Made by a program: the position numbers and the translations under genes. The notes under the pieces are model-generated. The model had not been told where the DNA came from, made no database searches, and worked only from the letters and a program-made list of their open reading frames with translations. Below, in pieces: positions 8,480 through 17,569 of a DNA stretch of 48,722 bases. Each line of letters opens with the position of its first letter. The stretch's first letter is position 1. This DNA is from an uncultured Ruminococcus sp. (GTDB taxonomy: Bacteria; Bacillota; Clostridia; UBA1212; UBA1255), in assembly GCA_902796205.1 (NCBI GenBank), contig CADBOE010000053.1, positions 1-48,722 on the forward strand, in the 5' to 3' direction.

Positions 8480-10473
8480 AAAATGATATTTTAAAAGAGG
8501 CGGTCATGCATATTGACGCCGATCTCGTGGAGGAGGCAGGGGCCTTTTCCGCCGGAGCGCAGAAAGCTGTAAAAAGCAGGACCGGAAAACGCGCAGGCTT
8601 CCCGGGAAGAGCTGTCGCGACCGCCGCCGGAGTAATTCTCCTGGCCGGAGGGATCACGGCAGGACTGATCGTCGGAAGCAGGAAGCCGGGGCTTTCCGGC
8701 GGGCCGCGCGTTCAGTCCGATCCCGGAAGCGCGAACGCGACTTCTTCGGTCGCCGAACCGCAAAGCACCGTATTTCCGTCAGAATGGAGTGAAAACGAGC
8801 CGTACCGGACCATAGTGCTGAGCGCCTATCCGGACGGACGGCTGAGATTCCAGACTATCGCCGGAACTCCGAAAATCGAACTGGCGGCGTCAGACGGGTC
8901 GTTCAGACCTGTATTGGGTACGGGGCGCGCCGACTCCTTGAAGAATCGGAAAGCGCTGTTCAAAGTCTTCGACGGCAAGCAGCTGCAGACCGTCCCCGGC
9001 GCCGGAGAAAACGGTATTTCCGCTGAAAAAACATTCTCGATCCGCCTCTGCAGGGGGGAATGGGACAGCGGCGGCGATTATTCGTACGTGTTCGATATTT
9101 ATGAAGGCGCCGGAACGGCTGTAGTCAGCAACGAATCAGACGGCACCGTGTTCGGGGCCGTGCAGCTGACCACGGAAGAAATTTCGGAGATCGCGAAGGG
9201 AATATTCCCGACGCTTGGTACTTTCCTTGACGCCGCGGCAGAGTCGGCGCTTGCCGGATCCGCCTTCGCGGACGTAAGCGACGGCACGTCTCCTTCGGGA
9301 CAGAGCACAGTCCGGATAACAGACGGCATCAGGATCAGCAAGCTTGTTTTCGCATTGAAAAACTTGCCGGTCGTTGAGGCGGACGGCGACGGCGGGATCA
9401 GCGGCAGCAACGTTCTGTTCGGCTTTTCAGGACCGGAGAACGGCGGCGGTTCCGCACCGGATATTTCTATTATCGGCGGCCCCTACGCATCTGTCCGGCA
9501 GGGCGGCGTCACGAAACTGTTCCGCATACCGAGAGCTCAGATGAGCGAGCTTGAAATGATCGTCCCTGATCTTGTCAGCCCCGCTTTTTCAGGAACTCCG
9601 GGCTCGCGCATCGAAAAAATCATCATCCCGCAGGCCGTTTACGGATTGACTGTCCAGCGTCTGGAGTGGGATTATAACGGGGACGGAACGAAAGATCTTT
9701 TCAGGCTGGAAACGGCGTCCACGTCGGGAATTCTCCGTCAGACGATATACTACGTTGATGCGGAAACCGGCTCCGAGACGCAGCTGTGCGTGTTCAACGA
9801 TATCTTTGTCGGGATCGGATTTATCGAAGGGGACGAAGGCTCGCCCGTCCTGTTCGATTGCGGCGAGGGCCTGACCTCCGGGGAGAACCGGAACGCGACG
9901 CTGAGCGAACCGTACGCCGCGACGTTTCTCGCGGAGCCGTTCGCAAAAATATCAACAAGAGGCGGAAAACCGTACCTTGTTTCCGTGAACGGCGAGGGGG
10001 ACGATTCCGCAAGCGTTACGGCGACTGTTATTTACGGCAACGTTGTGAAGGAATTCCTGAAGCCCGTACCGGTGAGATCAGGATTGCCGGATGAAAGAAT
10101 TCTCTCGTCACTCGACAACTTCCGCGCCGAAGTCTGCTTCAGAAGCGGCACAAACGAAAACGGAACGATCCGCTTCAATGAAAGGGTGAATACGCTTTAC
10201 GGCGACGCGGCAAAGGCTCTGTACCGCGCCTCGCTCTCCGCCGCCGCCAACGCGGATTACGGACAGTCAAGGATCGAGGAGGTGCCTGATTCCGTCGGGA
10301 TCGTGTTTATCTCGGAGAACAACGGAGAGTATTATTTCTGCGGACGGGTTGCTTTTCAGAGTCGTGAGAGCGGGGAATATATGGAATTGTCTTACGGGTC
10401 GCTTCATTCCGAAACGCAGCGCTTCGTTGCGGACGACGGGACATACGAAATGATCGCCGGGCTGGCGGGATGA
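8476..10473 (+). CDS. Single-pass membrane protein with ~590-aa extracytoplasmic domain, putative cognate anti-sigma/sensor partner
   Basis: The ATG at 8476 overlaps the sigma stop (ATGA). It has a short cytoplasmic N-terminus (MKNDILKEAVMHIDADLVEEAGAF), a TM segment AVATAAGVILLAGGITAGLIV and a large ectodomain with no motif I recognise. The track's 8152 start is an out-of-frame run-on into the sigma gene. Confidence 0.6.
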   Translation: MKNDILKEAVMHIDADLVEEAGAFSAGAQKAVKSRTGKRAGFPGRAVATAAGVILLAGGITAGLIVGSRKPGLSGGPRVQSDPGSANATSSVAEPQSTVFPSEWSENEPYRTIVLSAYPDGRLRFQTIAGTPKIELAASDGSFRPVLGTGRADSLKNRKALFKVFDGKQLQTVPGAGENGISAEKTFSIRLCRGEWDSGGDYSYVFDIYEGAGTAVVSNESDGTVFGAVQLTTEEISEIAKGIFPTLGTFLDAAAESALAGSAFADVSDGTSPSGQSTVRITDGIRISKLVFALKNLPVVEADGDGGISGSNVLFGFSGPENGGGSAPDISIIGGPYASVRQGGVTKLFRIPRAQMSELEMIVPDLVSPAFSGTPGSRIEKIIIPQAVYGLTVQRLEWDYNGDGTKDLFRLETASTSGILRQTIYYVDAETGSETQLCVFNDIFVGIGFIEGDEGSPVLFDCGEGLTSGENRNATLSEPYAATFLAEPFAKISTRGGKPYLVSVNGEGDDSASVTATVIYGNVVKEFLKPVPVRSGLPDERILSSLDNFRAEVCFRSGTNENGTIRFNERVNTLYGDAAKALYRASLSAAANADYGQSRIEEVPDSVGIVFISENNGEYYFCGRVAFQSRESGEYMELSYGSLHSETQRFVADDGTYEMIAGLAG

Positions 10474-10554
10474 CGCCCTGGCGCGGCCGGAATCCGCCGG
10501 AAATCCTTCCGGATCCCGGGAATCCCGGGACAGGCTCCGCCCGCGCCGCACTGC

Positions 10555-10583
10555 TTGACAAAACGCCGGAAAAGTGATAGAAT
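10555..10583 (+). promoter_or_regulatory. Sigma-70-type promoter of the ferredoxin gene
   Basis: TTGACA (10555-10560), 17 nt, TAGAAT (10578-10583) preceded by TGa (extended -10). Confidence 0.55.
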
Positions 10584-10620
10584 ACCGGACGTAACTTAAA
10601 CTATTGGAGGTGTTTTTGTT

Positions 10621-10794
10621 ATGGCATACAAAATTTCAGATGACTGCATCTCCTGCGGCGCTTGCGCTGCGGAATGCCCTGTGGAATGCATCACCGAGGG
10701 TGACGGAAAGTACGAGATCGACGCCGAGCAGTGCATTGGTTGCGGAAATTGCGCATCAGTGTGTCCGGTAGAGGCTCCGAAGTCCGAAGAGTGA
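10621..10794 (+). CDS. fdx: Clostridial-type 2x[4Fe-4S] ferredoxin (57 aa), absent from the supplied ORF track
   Basis: My own translation is MAYKISDDCISCGACAAECPVECITEGDGKYEIDAEQCIGCGNCASVCPVEAPKSEE*. It has two CxxCxxCxxxCP motifs, and GGAGGT lies 9 nt upstream of the ATG. Confidence 0.9.
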   Translation: MAYKISDDCISCGACAAECPVECITEGDGKYEIDAEQCIGCGNCASVCPVEAPKSEE

Positions 10795-10824
10795 TCATCA
10801 GAGCGAAAGAGATAGGTTTGACTG

Positions 10825-10860
10825 GAGGCTGTCTCCCCGGGGAGGCAGCCTCATTTGGTT
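10825..10860 (+). terminator. Intrinsic terminator after the ferredoxin gene
   Basis: 12-bp stem GAGGCTGTCTCC / GGAGGCAGCCTC (one G-U pair) with loop CCGG, followed by ATTTGGTT, which is a weak U-tract. Confidence 0.5.
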
Positions 10861-10876
10861 AAAGCGCGGGGACGGC

Positions 10877-11620
10877 ATGATGCTTTCGGAAGGGGAAACT
10901 GTCGACGACCTTCAATATGAAGGATTGCGCATAATACAGAAGAAAGGCACGTTCAGATACGGTACGGACGGTGTCCTTCTGGCGAATTACGCCGTTGCGG
11001 CCGCCAAAGGCGCCGGACTCGCGAAAGCCGGACCGGGCGGCGTTCCCGGATGCTCCGTAAAAGTCCTTGACGTCGGTACCGGTACCGGGATCGTTCCCAT
11101 CCTGATGTGCGGGAAGCTGTCAGGCGCCGGCGCCACGTTCGATTTTACCGCCGTCGATATTCAGCCCGACATGTGCGACATGGCCCGGAGGAGCGTCGCC
11201 CTCAACGGGCAGCAGGATTCCGTCAGAATATTGAACGCGGACATACGCTCGAGCGGGCTCCGGCGGGGCTCGTTCGATATCGTTACGGTAAATCCGCCGT
11301 ACGTGCGAAAGGGCGGCGGGATAACGAGCGACGTTTCCGGCATCGCGTGTTCGAGACACGAAATATGCGGCACGCAGGAGGAAATATTCGCCGAGGCGGC
11401 CCGGCTTCTCAGATACCGCGGCATCCTGGTCTCGGTGAACCGGCCGGACAGGCTGACCGACGCTCTTTGCGCCATGAGAGAAGGCGGCGCGGAACCGTTT
11501 GAGCTCGTTATGGTGCATCCTTTTGCGGGCGCGTCCCCCGCGATGTTTCTCTGCTCCGCCAGAAAAGGCGGGGGAAAAGGACTCAGAGTACTGCCGCCGA
11601 TGATATTGGAGGACAGATAA
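10877..11620 (+). CDS. SAM-dependent N6-adenine methyltransferase, tRNA1(Val) m6A37 (YfiC/YabB-like)
   Basis: SAM motif VLDVGTGTGIV and catalytic VTVNPPYV. It sits directly upstream of rsmI, as yabB does in Bacillus. Confidence 0.7.
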   Translation: MMLSEGETVDDLQYEGLRIIQKKGTFRYGTDGVLLANYAVAAAKGAGLAKAGPGGVPGCSVKVLDVGTGTGIVPILMCGKLSGAGATFDFTAVDIQPDMCDMARRSVALNGQQDSVRILNADIRSSGLRRGSFDIVTVNPPYVRKGGGITSDVSGIACSRHEICGTQEEIFAEAARLLRYRGILVSVNRPDRLTDALCAMREGGAEPFELVMVHPFAGASPAMFLCSARKGGGKGLRVLPPMILEDR

Positions 11621-12511
11621 ATGCTTTACGTTGTGGGAACACCGATCGGAAATCTGGACGATATCTCAGTCAGAGCGCTCAGAACGCTCGAAAATGCCGA
11701 CCTGATCGCCGCCGAGGACACGCGGCACACGCTCGGGCTTCTCACTCATTTCGGAATAAAAAAGCCGCTCGTCAGCTATTTTGAGCATAACAAAATCAGC
11801 CGCGGAAACGAGATAATCGGGAAGCTGAAAGAGGGAGCGGACGTTGCTCTCGTTTCGGACGCCGGAATGCCGGGCATATGCGATCCCGGATACGAGCTCA
11901 TCCGCGACTGCATAGAAAACGGCATCGGAGTGACTGTGATCCCCGGGGCTTGCGCCTGCGTGAGCGCGCTCGTGCTGTCAGGACTTCCCTCGGACGGATT
12001 CGTATTTGCGGGATTTATTCCGAGAGAAAACAAAAAACGAGCCGCCTTTTTTGAGGTTCTCGCTGCAGAAACGCGGACGACGGTATGCTACGAGGCTCCG
12101 CACCGCGTCGTGAAAACGCTCGGCGATATCAGCGGACTGTTTGCCGGCAGAGGAACTCCGGGCAGGCGGCTGGCCGTCTGCCGCGAGCTCACGAAGACGC
12201 ACGAGGAGGTGCTGCGCGGTACGGCGGAGGAGCTGCTCGCTCATTTCGCCGGGGCCGGGCCGAAGGGCGAATTCGTTTTCTGCATCGAAGGCGCTTCTGA
12301 AAGCGCTGACGGTACGCCTGAACGCGGCTCCGGCAGCTGTTCGCCGGACTGCCGGGACGGCTTTTCCGAAGACGCCGTCCGCGCCGCGTACGAACAGCTG
12401 ACAGCGTCGGGAACGTCTCCGAAAGAGGCCATGAAAACTGCGCAGACACGCTTCGGGCTTTCGAGAAACGAGATATACCGCATAGTAAGACTTTCCGGAA
12501 AGGAGATATGA
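11621..12511 (+). CDS. rsmI: 16S rRNA (cytidine1402-2'-O)-methyltransferase
   Basis: MLYVVGTPIGNLDDISVRALRTLENADLIAAEDTRHT and SDAGMPGICDPGYELI are canonical RsmI motifs. Confidence 0.9.
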   Translation: MLYVVGTPIGNLDDISVRALRTLENADLIAAEDTRHTLGLLTHFGIKKPLVSYFEHNKISRGNEIIGKLKEGADVALVSDAGMPGICDPGYELIRDCIENGIGVTVIPGACACVSALVLSGLPSDGFVFAGFIPRENKKRAAFFEVLAAETRTTVCYEAPHRVVKTLGDISGLFAGRGTPGRRLAVCRELTKTHEEVLRGTAEELLAHFAGAGPKGEFVFCIEGASESADGTPERGSGSCSPDCRDGFSEDAVRAAYEQLTASGTSPKEAMKTAQTRFGLSRNEIYRIVRLSGKEI

Positions 12512-12512
12512 C

Positions 12513-13541
12513 ATGCCCGATCTCATCAGCCGTGACGGCATAACAATAGAAAAAGTCATCATTCATTTTCTTGATCTTTCGGGGACCGAGCCGGTCCTGT
12601 CGAATTTTCCGACGGCTCTCGACGACGAGTCGGATGAATATCTCAAGATCCATATAGAAAAAGCGTTCAATTCCGACGACACGAAAAAATGCGCGTTCGA
12701 GCGCGAGGGCTTCGTAAGCTCTTCCGTGCAGGACGTCAGGCACAATTTTATTGATTTCTCGCGCGAACTCGCTGCCAGATTTTTCGGCGTGATGCAGGAC
12801 GCCGGTTCGATCCCCTCAGGCGACCTTATCGTCATGACGGCGACGATATCCGGCGAAGATTATCTGTGCGTGATGAAATTCAATTACAAGACGTCGTTCA
12901 TACACGAATTCAGGGCGGTCGCCGATACAAACTCGATCAATTTCGTCCGTCACAGCGGTATTCTTCCCGGAAAGACGGCGAAGATCGACGAAGCGTTTTT
13001 CGTTAATATCGACACACGCGACGTCTTCGTGCTCGAGAAAAAATACGAGATAGGCGGAGTGCGGGATTATTACATCTCTTCCGTTATCCTCGGCGTGACG
13101 GACAATCTTTCGGTAAAAACGCAGCTCGACACGGTCCGGAAGGTCGCCGAACGCGTATATAAGGAGCATTACGGAGAGACCGTCAATATGAAGCCGAAGG
13201 TCGCGAAGCTTATGTGCCGCGAGCTTTCGAATCAGGATTCGTTCAGAATGGAAAATATTCTCGATAATTTTACCGAGGAATTTCCGGAAGCCGGAGCTGA
13301 TTTCCGCGCCGCCGCCGGAATGCTTCCCATCGAAACGGAGGGGCAGCTGCCCGTTCCGACGTCGCTCGTTAAAAGAATATCGAGGCAGACCATAAAATCG
13401 AAAAACGGAATCGAGATCAGAATACCCGTAAAGATGTACGACAATCCCAAAGCGATGGAATATATCCGCGAAGGAGACGGTACTCTTACGCTGGTCATAC
13501 GTGATATCGACGAGGGCAAAGACCGCGAAACGGAGGAGTGA
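12513..13541 (+). CDS. NdpA/YejK-like nucleoid-associated protein (NA37 family)
   Basis: 342 aa. The N-terminal ITIEKVIIHFLD..., FSRELAARF... and GDLIVMTATISGEDYLCVMKFNY follow the YejK pattern (IALHQL..., FSRAATGRL..., GGIVLFCHYRYLAVEYLLV). The start is 1 nt after the rsmI stop. Confidence 0.6.
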   Translation: MPDLISRDGITIEKVIIHFLDLSGTEPVLSNFPTALDDESDEYLKIHIEKAFNSDDTKKCAFEREGFVSSSVQDVRHNFIDFSRELAARFFGVMQDAGSIPSGDLIVMTATISGEDYLCVMKFNYKTSFIHEFRAVADTNSINFVRHSGILPGKTAKIDEAFFVNIDTRDVFVLEKKYEIGGVRDYYISSVILGVTDNLSVKTQLDTVRKVAERVYKEHYGETVNMKPKVAKLMCRELSNQDSFRMENILDNFTEEFPEAGADFRAAAGMLPIETEGQLPVPTSLVKRISRQTIKSKNGIEIRIPVKMYDNPKAMEYIREGDGTLTLVIRDIDEGKDRETEE

Positions 13542-13547
13542 GCAATA

Positions 13548-14972
13548 ATGACAGTGAAGGAATTTATCGGGAGCAGGAAGACGCAGATCGTAGAGGACCT
13601 CTTTGAACTTATGAGGATCGACAGCTCCTATTCGGACGAGGGCAGGGACGCGCGGCATCCGTTCGGAAAAGGCTCCGCCGAGGCGCTCGCGGCAGGCGGA
13701 AGGCTGCTCGAAAAATACGGCTTCCGCGTAACGAATTACGACAATTACGTCATTGCCGCCGACCTCGGAGAAGGGGAGAGGGAACTCGACATCCTCGCCC
13801 ATCTCGACGTTGTTCCCGCGGGAGAGGGATGGACGGTCACCGATCCCTTCAACCCCGTTCTCACCTCCGACGGCGTGATTTACGGAAGAGGTTCTGCGGA
13901 CGACAAGGGTCCCGCGATCGCCGCCATTTACGCGATGATGGCCGTCCGGGAACTCGGTATCCCGCTTCGCAAAAGCGCGAGACTCATTCTCGGCGGCTGC
14001 GAAGAGCTCGGGCTGGGCGATCTCGAATATTATTTTGAAAGAGAGCCTCACGCGAGATACAGCTTCTCTCCGGACGCCGACTACCCGCTGATAAACGCGG
14101 AACGCGGAATTTCCGGAACGGAGATCGTAAAACGGTTCACGGAAACCGATTCGCAGTCGTCTCCCGTAAAGAGCATAAAAGCCGGCCTCAGGCGCAACAT
14201 GGTTCCTTTCTCCGCCGAGGCGGCAATAGACGCTTCCGCCTGCGGAACCGACGCGGCCGGCATTGCGGGAATCGCCGCGGGAATAGCGGCGTCGCACGGA
14301 GCCGGCATCAATATCAGGACCGAAGGCTGTACGGTCGTTCTCGACGTGCGCGGAGTAGGCGGGCACGCGTCCGAGCCGGACAACAGCATTAACGCACTCA
14401 CCTGCCTCATGGAGATCATAGCCGCGCTTCCGTCCGACGATCCCGTCACGGAATTCGTGAGAAGGCTTTCAAAGCTTTATCCGTTCGGCGTATATCACGG
14501 CGAGGCGGCGGGAATAGATATCTGGGACGGCATCAGCGGGAGGATCACGTCGAGCTTCAACGTCGCTTCGTACGACTGCGCGGACGGCAGGTTTACGGCG
14601 CTGATCGACAGCCGCGTTCCTGCTTGCGCGGGCGAAGACAATTTCATGGGTCCGCTCAGATCCGCGCTGCTTTCCGCGGGCGCCGACAGCGTGGATATTT
14701 CGCTCAATCCGTGCCACTACGTTCCGGAGGACTCGGAATTCGTTCAGAAGCTGCTCGCGAGCTACATAAAAGTTACCGGGGACGAAGGCGCCCGGCCGCT
14801 GGCGATCGGCGGCGGAACGTACGTTCACAACATCGACAACGGAGTTGCGTTCGGCTGCGCAATGCCGGGAGTGGACAACCGGATGCACGGCCCTGACGAG
14901 TTCATGATGCTGGACGTCCTTTTGAAGAGCATAGAGATCTTTGCCGACGCGATCATTTCGATCTGCGCCTGA
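13548..14972 (+). CDS. pepV: M20-family dipeptidase (PepV/Sapep type)
   Basis: HLDVVPAGEGWTVTDPFNP and GRGSADDKGPAIAAIYAM metal-ligand motifs; 474 aa. Confidence 0.85.
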   Translation: MTVKEFIGSRKTQIVEDLFELMRIDSSYSDEGRDARHPFGKGSAEALAAGGRLLEKYGFRVTNYDNYVIAADLGEGERELDILAHLDVVPAGEGWTVTDPFNPVLTSDGVIYGRGSADDKGPAIAAIYAMMAVRELGIPLRKSARLILGGCEELGLGDLEYYFEREPHARYSFSPDADYPLINAERGISGTEIVKRFTETDSQSSPVKSIKAGLRRNMVPFSAEAAIDASACGTDAAGIAGIAAGIAASHGAGINIRTEGCTVVLDVRGVGGHASEPDNSINALTCLMEIIAALPSDDPVTEFVRRLSKLYPFGVYHGEAAGIDIWDGISGRITSSFNVASYDCADGRFTALIDSRVPACAGEDNFMGPLRSALLSAGADSVDISLNPCHYVPEDSEFVQKLLASYIKVTGDEGARPLAIGGGTYVHNIDNGVAFGCAMPGVDNRMHGPDEFMMLDVLLKSIEIFADAIISICA

Positions 14973-15065
14973 ACGCGGCCCCGCGCGGCTGTGGTCCGTA
15001 ACGAACGTAACTGAACCGTGCCGGACCGGACTTGACTGAACTGTGATCCGTGAGGTGTTTGCATA

Positions 15066-15773
15066 ATGAGCGATAAAAAAGATAATCCGGCCGCTTCGGC
15101 CGGAAGCGCCGAGGGCCCCGCGCCGCTTTTTGAAAACAGATTTTTGAACGTTTACGATCTTAGAAACGCTCCCGGCGGCCATTATTTCGCTGCTTCGAGG
15201 AGAAAAGCCGGAGATCTCGCGGCCGTTATGGACGACGCGTCGTTCCGGGAAATGACGCCGGACGCCGTTACCTGCGCCGTTATCGTCTCGGATCCGGAAA
15301 ACGAAGGGGAGGACGGGGCGAAGCTGCTGCTCAGCTACGAATACCGTTATCCGTGCGGACGGTTTCTTTTAAGTCCTCCGGCGGGACTGCTGGATCCCGG
15401 AGATTCAGACGGAAACGGCCGGACCGGCGCGATACTGGCGGCGGCGGAAAGAGAAATCTTTGAAGAGACCGGGCTGACATTGCGGCGGGAGAGGGGAGAC
15501 AGACTGGACGTCGTGAATCCTCTGCTGTTCAGCTCGCCGGGAATGACCGACGAAAGCAATGCCATAGCCTGCGCCGTGCTGCGGATCTCCCCGGACGAGC
15601 TGAAGGTCAGGTACGACAACGTCACGGGCACGGAACGGTTCAGCGGCAGTTTGCTGTTGAGCCGTGACGAGGCGGCAAAGATACTGAAAGACGGCCGCGA
15701 CGAGTCGGGCAATTTCTATTCGGTCTACACGGCGCTCGTTCTGATGTATTTCATTTCCGGAATGTGGCGCTGA
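15066..15773 (+). CDS. Nudix hydrolase (ADP-ribose pyrophosphatase-like)
   Basis: Partial Nudix box AAAEREIFEETGL; 235 aa; GAGGTG RBS 8 nt upstream. Confidence 0.7.
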   Translation: MSDKKDNPAASAGSAEGPAPLFENRFLNVYDLRNAPGGHYFAASRRKAGDLAAVMDDASFREMTPDAVTCAVIVSDPENEGEDGAKLLLSYEYRYPCGRFLLSPPAGLLDPGDSDGNGRTGAILAAAEREIFEETGLTLRRERGDRLDVVNPLLFSSPGMTDESNAIACAVLRISPDELKVRYDNVTGTERFSGSLLLSRDEAAKILKDGRDESGNFYSVYTALVLMYFISGMWR

Positions 15774-15825
15774 CCACTGAAGAGGCGGATAAAGCTCACC
15801 GGGATAGATTCACCCGGACAAAGCA

Positions 15826-15865
15826 GAAAAAAACGTTCCGGGGTCCCCGACGGATCCCGGAACGC
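15826..15865 (-). terminator. Intrinsic terminator of the asd-dapA-dapB operon
   Basis: On the minus strand: stem CGTTCCGGG / CCCGGAACG (9 bp) followed by TTTTTTT. Confidence 0.65.
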
Positions 15866-15884
15866 AGGAGGCTCTGACGGCGTA

Positions 15885-16679
15885 TCAGACCATATCGTCC
15901 ATGCCGTACATGCCCGGTTTCTTCCCGATGATGAACGAAGCGGCCTTCAGGCTCCCGTCGGCGAATACGCTTCGCGACGTGGCGCTGTGCGAAAGCTCGA
16001 TGATCTCGTTTTCCCCGATGAACATAACGCAATGATCTCCGACGATATTGCCGCCGCGAACGGCGCTTATACCGAGCTCGTTCGCGCCGCGCTTCTCCCT
16101 GCGGGACGAACGGTCGAATACGTACTCAAACGGTTCGCCTCTCGCTTCGGAAACGGCGTCAGCGAGAGCGAGCGCTGTCCCGCTCGGCGCGTCGAGCTTC
16201 CTGCCGTGATGCTTTTCAACTATTTCGACGTCGAAATCCCCGCCGAGAAACAGTTCGGATTCGCGGGCAAGCTTTTTGAGCAGAGCGATGCCTACGGACA
16301 TGTTCGCCGAGCGGAATACAGGTATTTCGCAGGAAACAGCCTCGGCAAGCGACAGATCGGCCTTGCTGACGGCGGTGGTGCATAGCACGAGCGGCAGTTT
16401 TCTCGAACGCGCGAATTCCAGAAGCGATCTTGTAAGCGAAAAGTGCGAGAAGTCTATTATAACGTCCGCTTCGATATCTGCAGGAACGGATTTGAAATTA
16501 GCGTAAACGGGGAAGCCGGCTTCGCTTCCGACCTTTCCCGCGAACGAATCGACGCCGCATACTATTTCGCAGCGTTCGCCGTCCTCTGCGCTTTTTCTCG
16601 AATTCAGCGAAGCGGCCTGCTCCGCGACGGCTCTGCCCATATGACCGAGGGCGCCGGACAACAATATTCTTATACTCAT
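15885..16679 (-). CDS. dapB: 4-hydroxy-tetrahydrodipicolinate reductase
   Basis: The true start is MSIRILLSGALGHMGR (GxxGxxG). That ATG overlaps the dapA stop (ATGA at 16676-16679). EKHHGRKLDAPSGTA is the DapB signature. The track's longer 393-aa ORF is a run-on into dapA. Confidence 0.9.
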   Translation of the reverse strand: MSIRILLSGALGHMGRAVAEQAASLNSRKSAEDGERCEIVCGVDSFAGKVGSEAGFPVYANFKSVPADIEADVIIDFSHFSLTRSLLEFARSRKLPLVLCTTAVSKADLSLAEAVSCEIPVFRSANMSVGIALLKKLARESELFLGGDFDVEIVEKHHGRKLDAPSGTALALADAVSEARGEPFEYVFDRSSRREKRGANELGISAVRGGNIVGDHCVMFIGENEIIELSHSATSRSVFADGSLKAASFIIGKKPGMYGMDDMV

Positions 16680-17569
16680 TTCATGGACTCCTCGAATTTT
16701 CCGATAACGGATCTGAGCGTTTCGAGATTTCCTTCCTCCATCTCGCAGAGAGGAAGGCGGCAGCCTCCGACGCCGATCCCTTTTATATTGAGCGCCGCTT
16801 TTACCGGTATGGGATTCACTTCGCAGAACAGTGCTTTTACGAGCGGCATGATCCTTGCCTGAAGCTCCCACGAGCCTTTCACGTCTCCGTTGATATATTT
16901 CATGACCATGTCGTGCATTATTTCCGGATAAACGTTTGACACAACCGAGATGACGCCGCTCCCTCCGGCGCCCATCATAAGCGATACCTGTCCGTCCTCG
17001 CCGGACCATATATTCAGCTCGTCGCCGCATTTGCATCGCACTTCGGACAGCTGGGCGAGATTGCATTCCTTCACGCCGGAGACGTTCGGTATCTTCGACA
17101 GCTCTCTGAGAGTATCCGGAGCAATATTGACGCCGGTCCGCGAGGGAACGTTGTAAAGGATGATCGGCACGTCGACCGCTGCGGCGATCGCCGAATAGTG
17201 CTTTACAAGTCCCTTCTGCGTGGCCTTGTTGTAGTACGGAGTGACCTGCAGAAGCGCGTCGGCGCCGAGCTTCACGGCCTCTTTTGAAAGATTGATCCCG
17301 TGCGAGGTATCGTTTGAACCGGTGCCGGCGATAACGGGTATCCTTCCGGCGACCTTATGCACGGCGTATTCGATTACGGAAAGGTGTTCATCGTCAGGCA
17401 TGGTGGAGGATTCTCCGGTCGTGCCGCATACTATGATCGCGTCCGTATGCCCGGAGATCTGATATTCGATGAGCTCTCCGAACCTGTCGTAATCTACTTT
17501 TTCGTTGTCCCTGCCGGTAAACGGAGTAACTATCGCGCAGCCAGCGCCTGTAAATACCGGTTTTTTCAT
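16676..17569 (-). CDS. dapA: 4-hydroxy-tetrahydrodipicolinate synthase
   Basis: VCGTTGESSTM, YNVPSRTG and the general DapA layout; 297 aa. Confidence 0.95.
   Translation of the reverse strand: MKKPVFTGAGCAIVTPFTGRDNEKVDYDRFGELIEYQISGHTDAIIVCGTTGESSTMPDDEHLSVIEYAVHKVAGRIPVIAGTGSNDTSHGINLSKEAVKLGADALLQVTPYYNKATQKGLVKHYSAIAAAVDVPIILYNVPSRTGVNIAPDTLRELSKIPNVSGVKECNLAQLSEVRCKCGDELNIWSGEDGQVSLMMGAGGSGVISVVSNVYPEIMHDMVMKYINGDVKGSWELQARIMPLVKALFCEVNPIPVKAALNIKGIGVGGCRLPLCEMEEGNLETLRSVIGKFEESMK

Noticed and set aside
12816-14366. 516-aa minus-strand ORF across ndpA-like and pepV
   Set aside because: It is antisense to two genes with clear family motifs, spans their intergenic junction, and has the Arg/Gly/Val-rich composition typical of antisense frames in GC-rich DNA.
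16680-17066. Upstream extension of the dapB ORF (393-aa version)
   Set aside because: The extension overlaps dapA in another frame and is Arg-rich. The DapB N-terminal GxxGxxG motif begins at the ATG at 16679.
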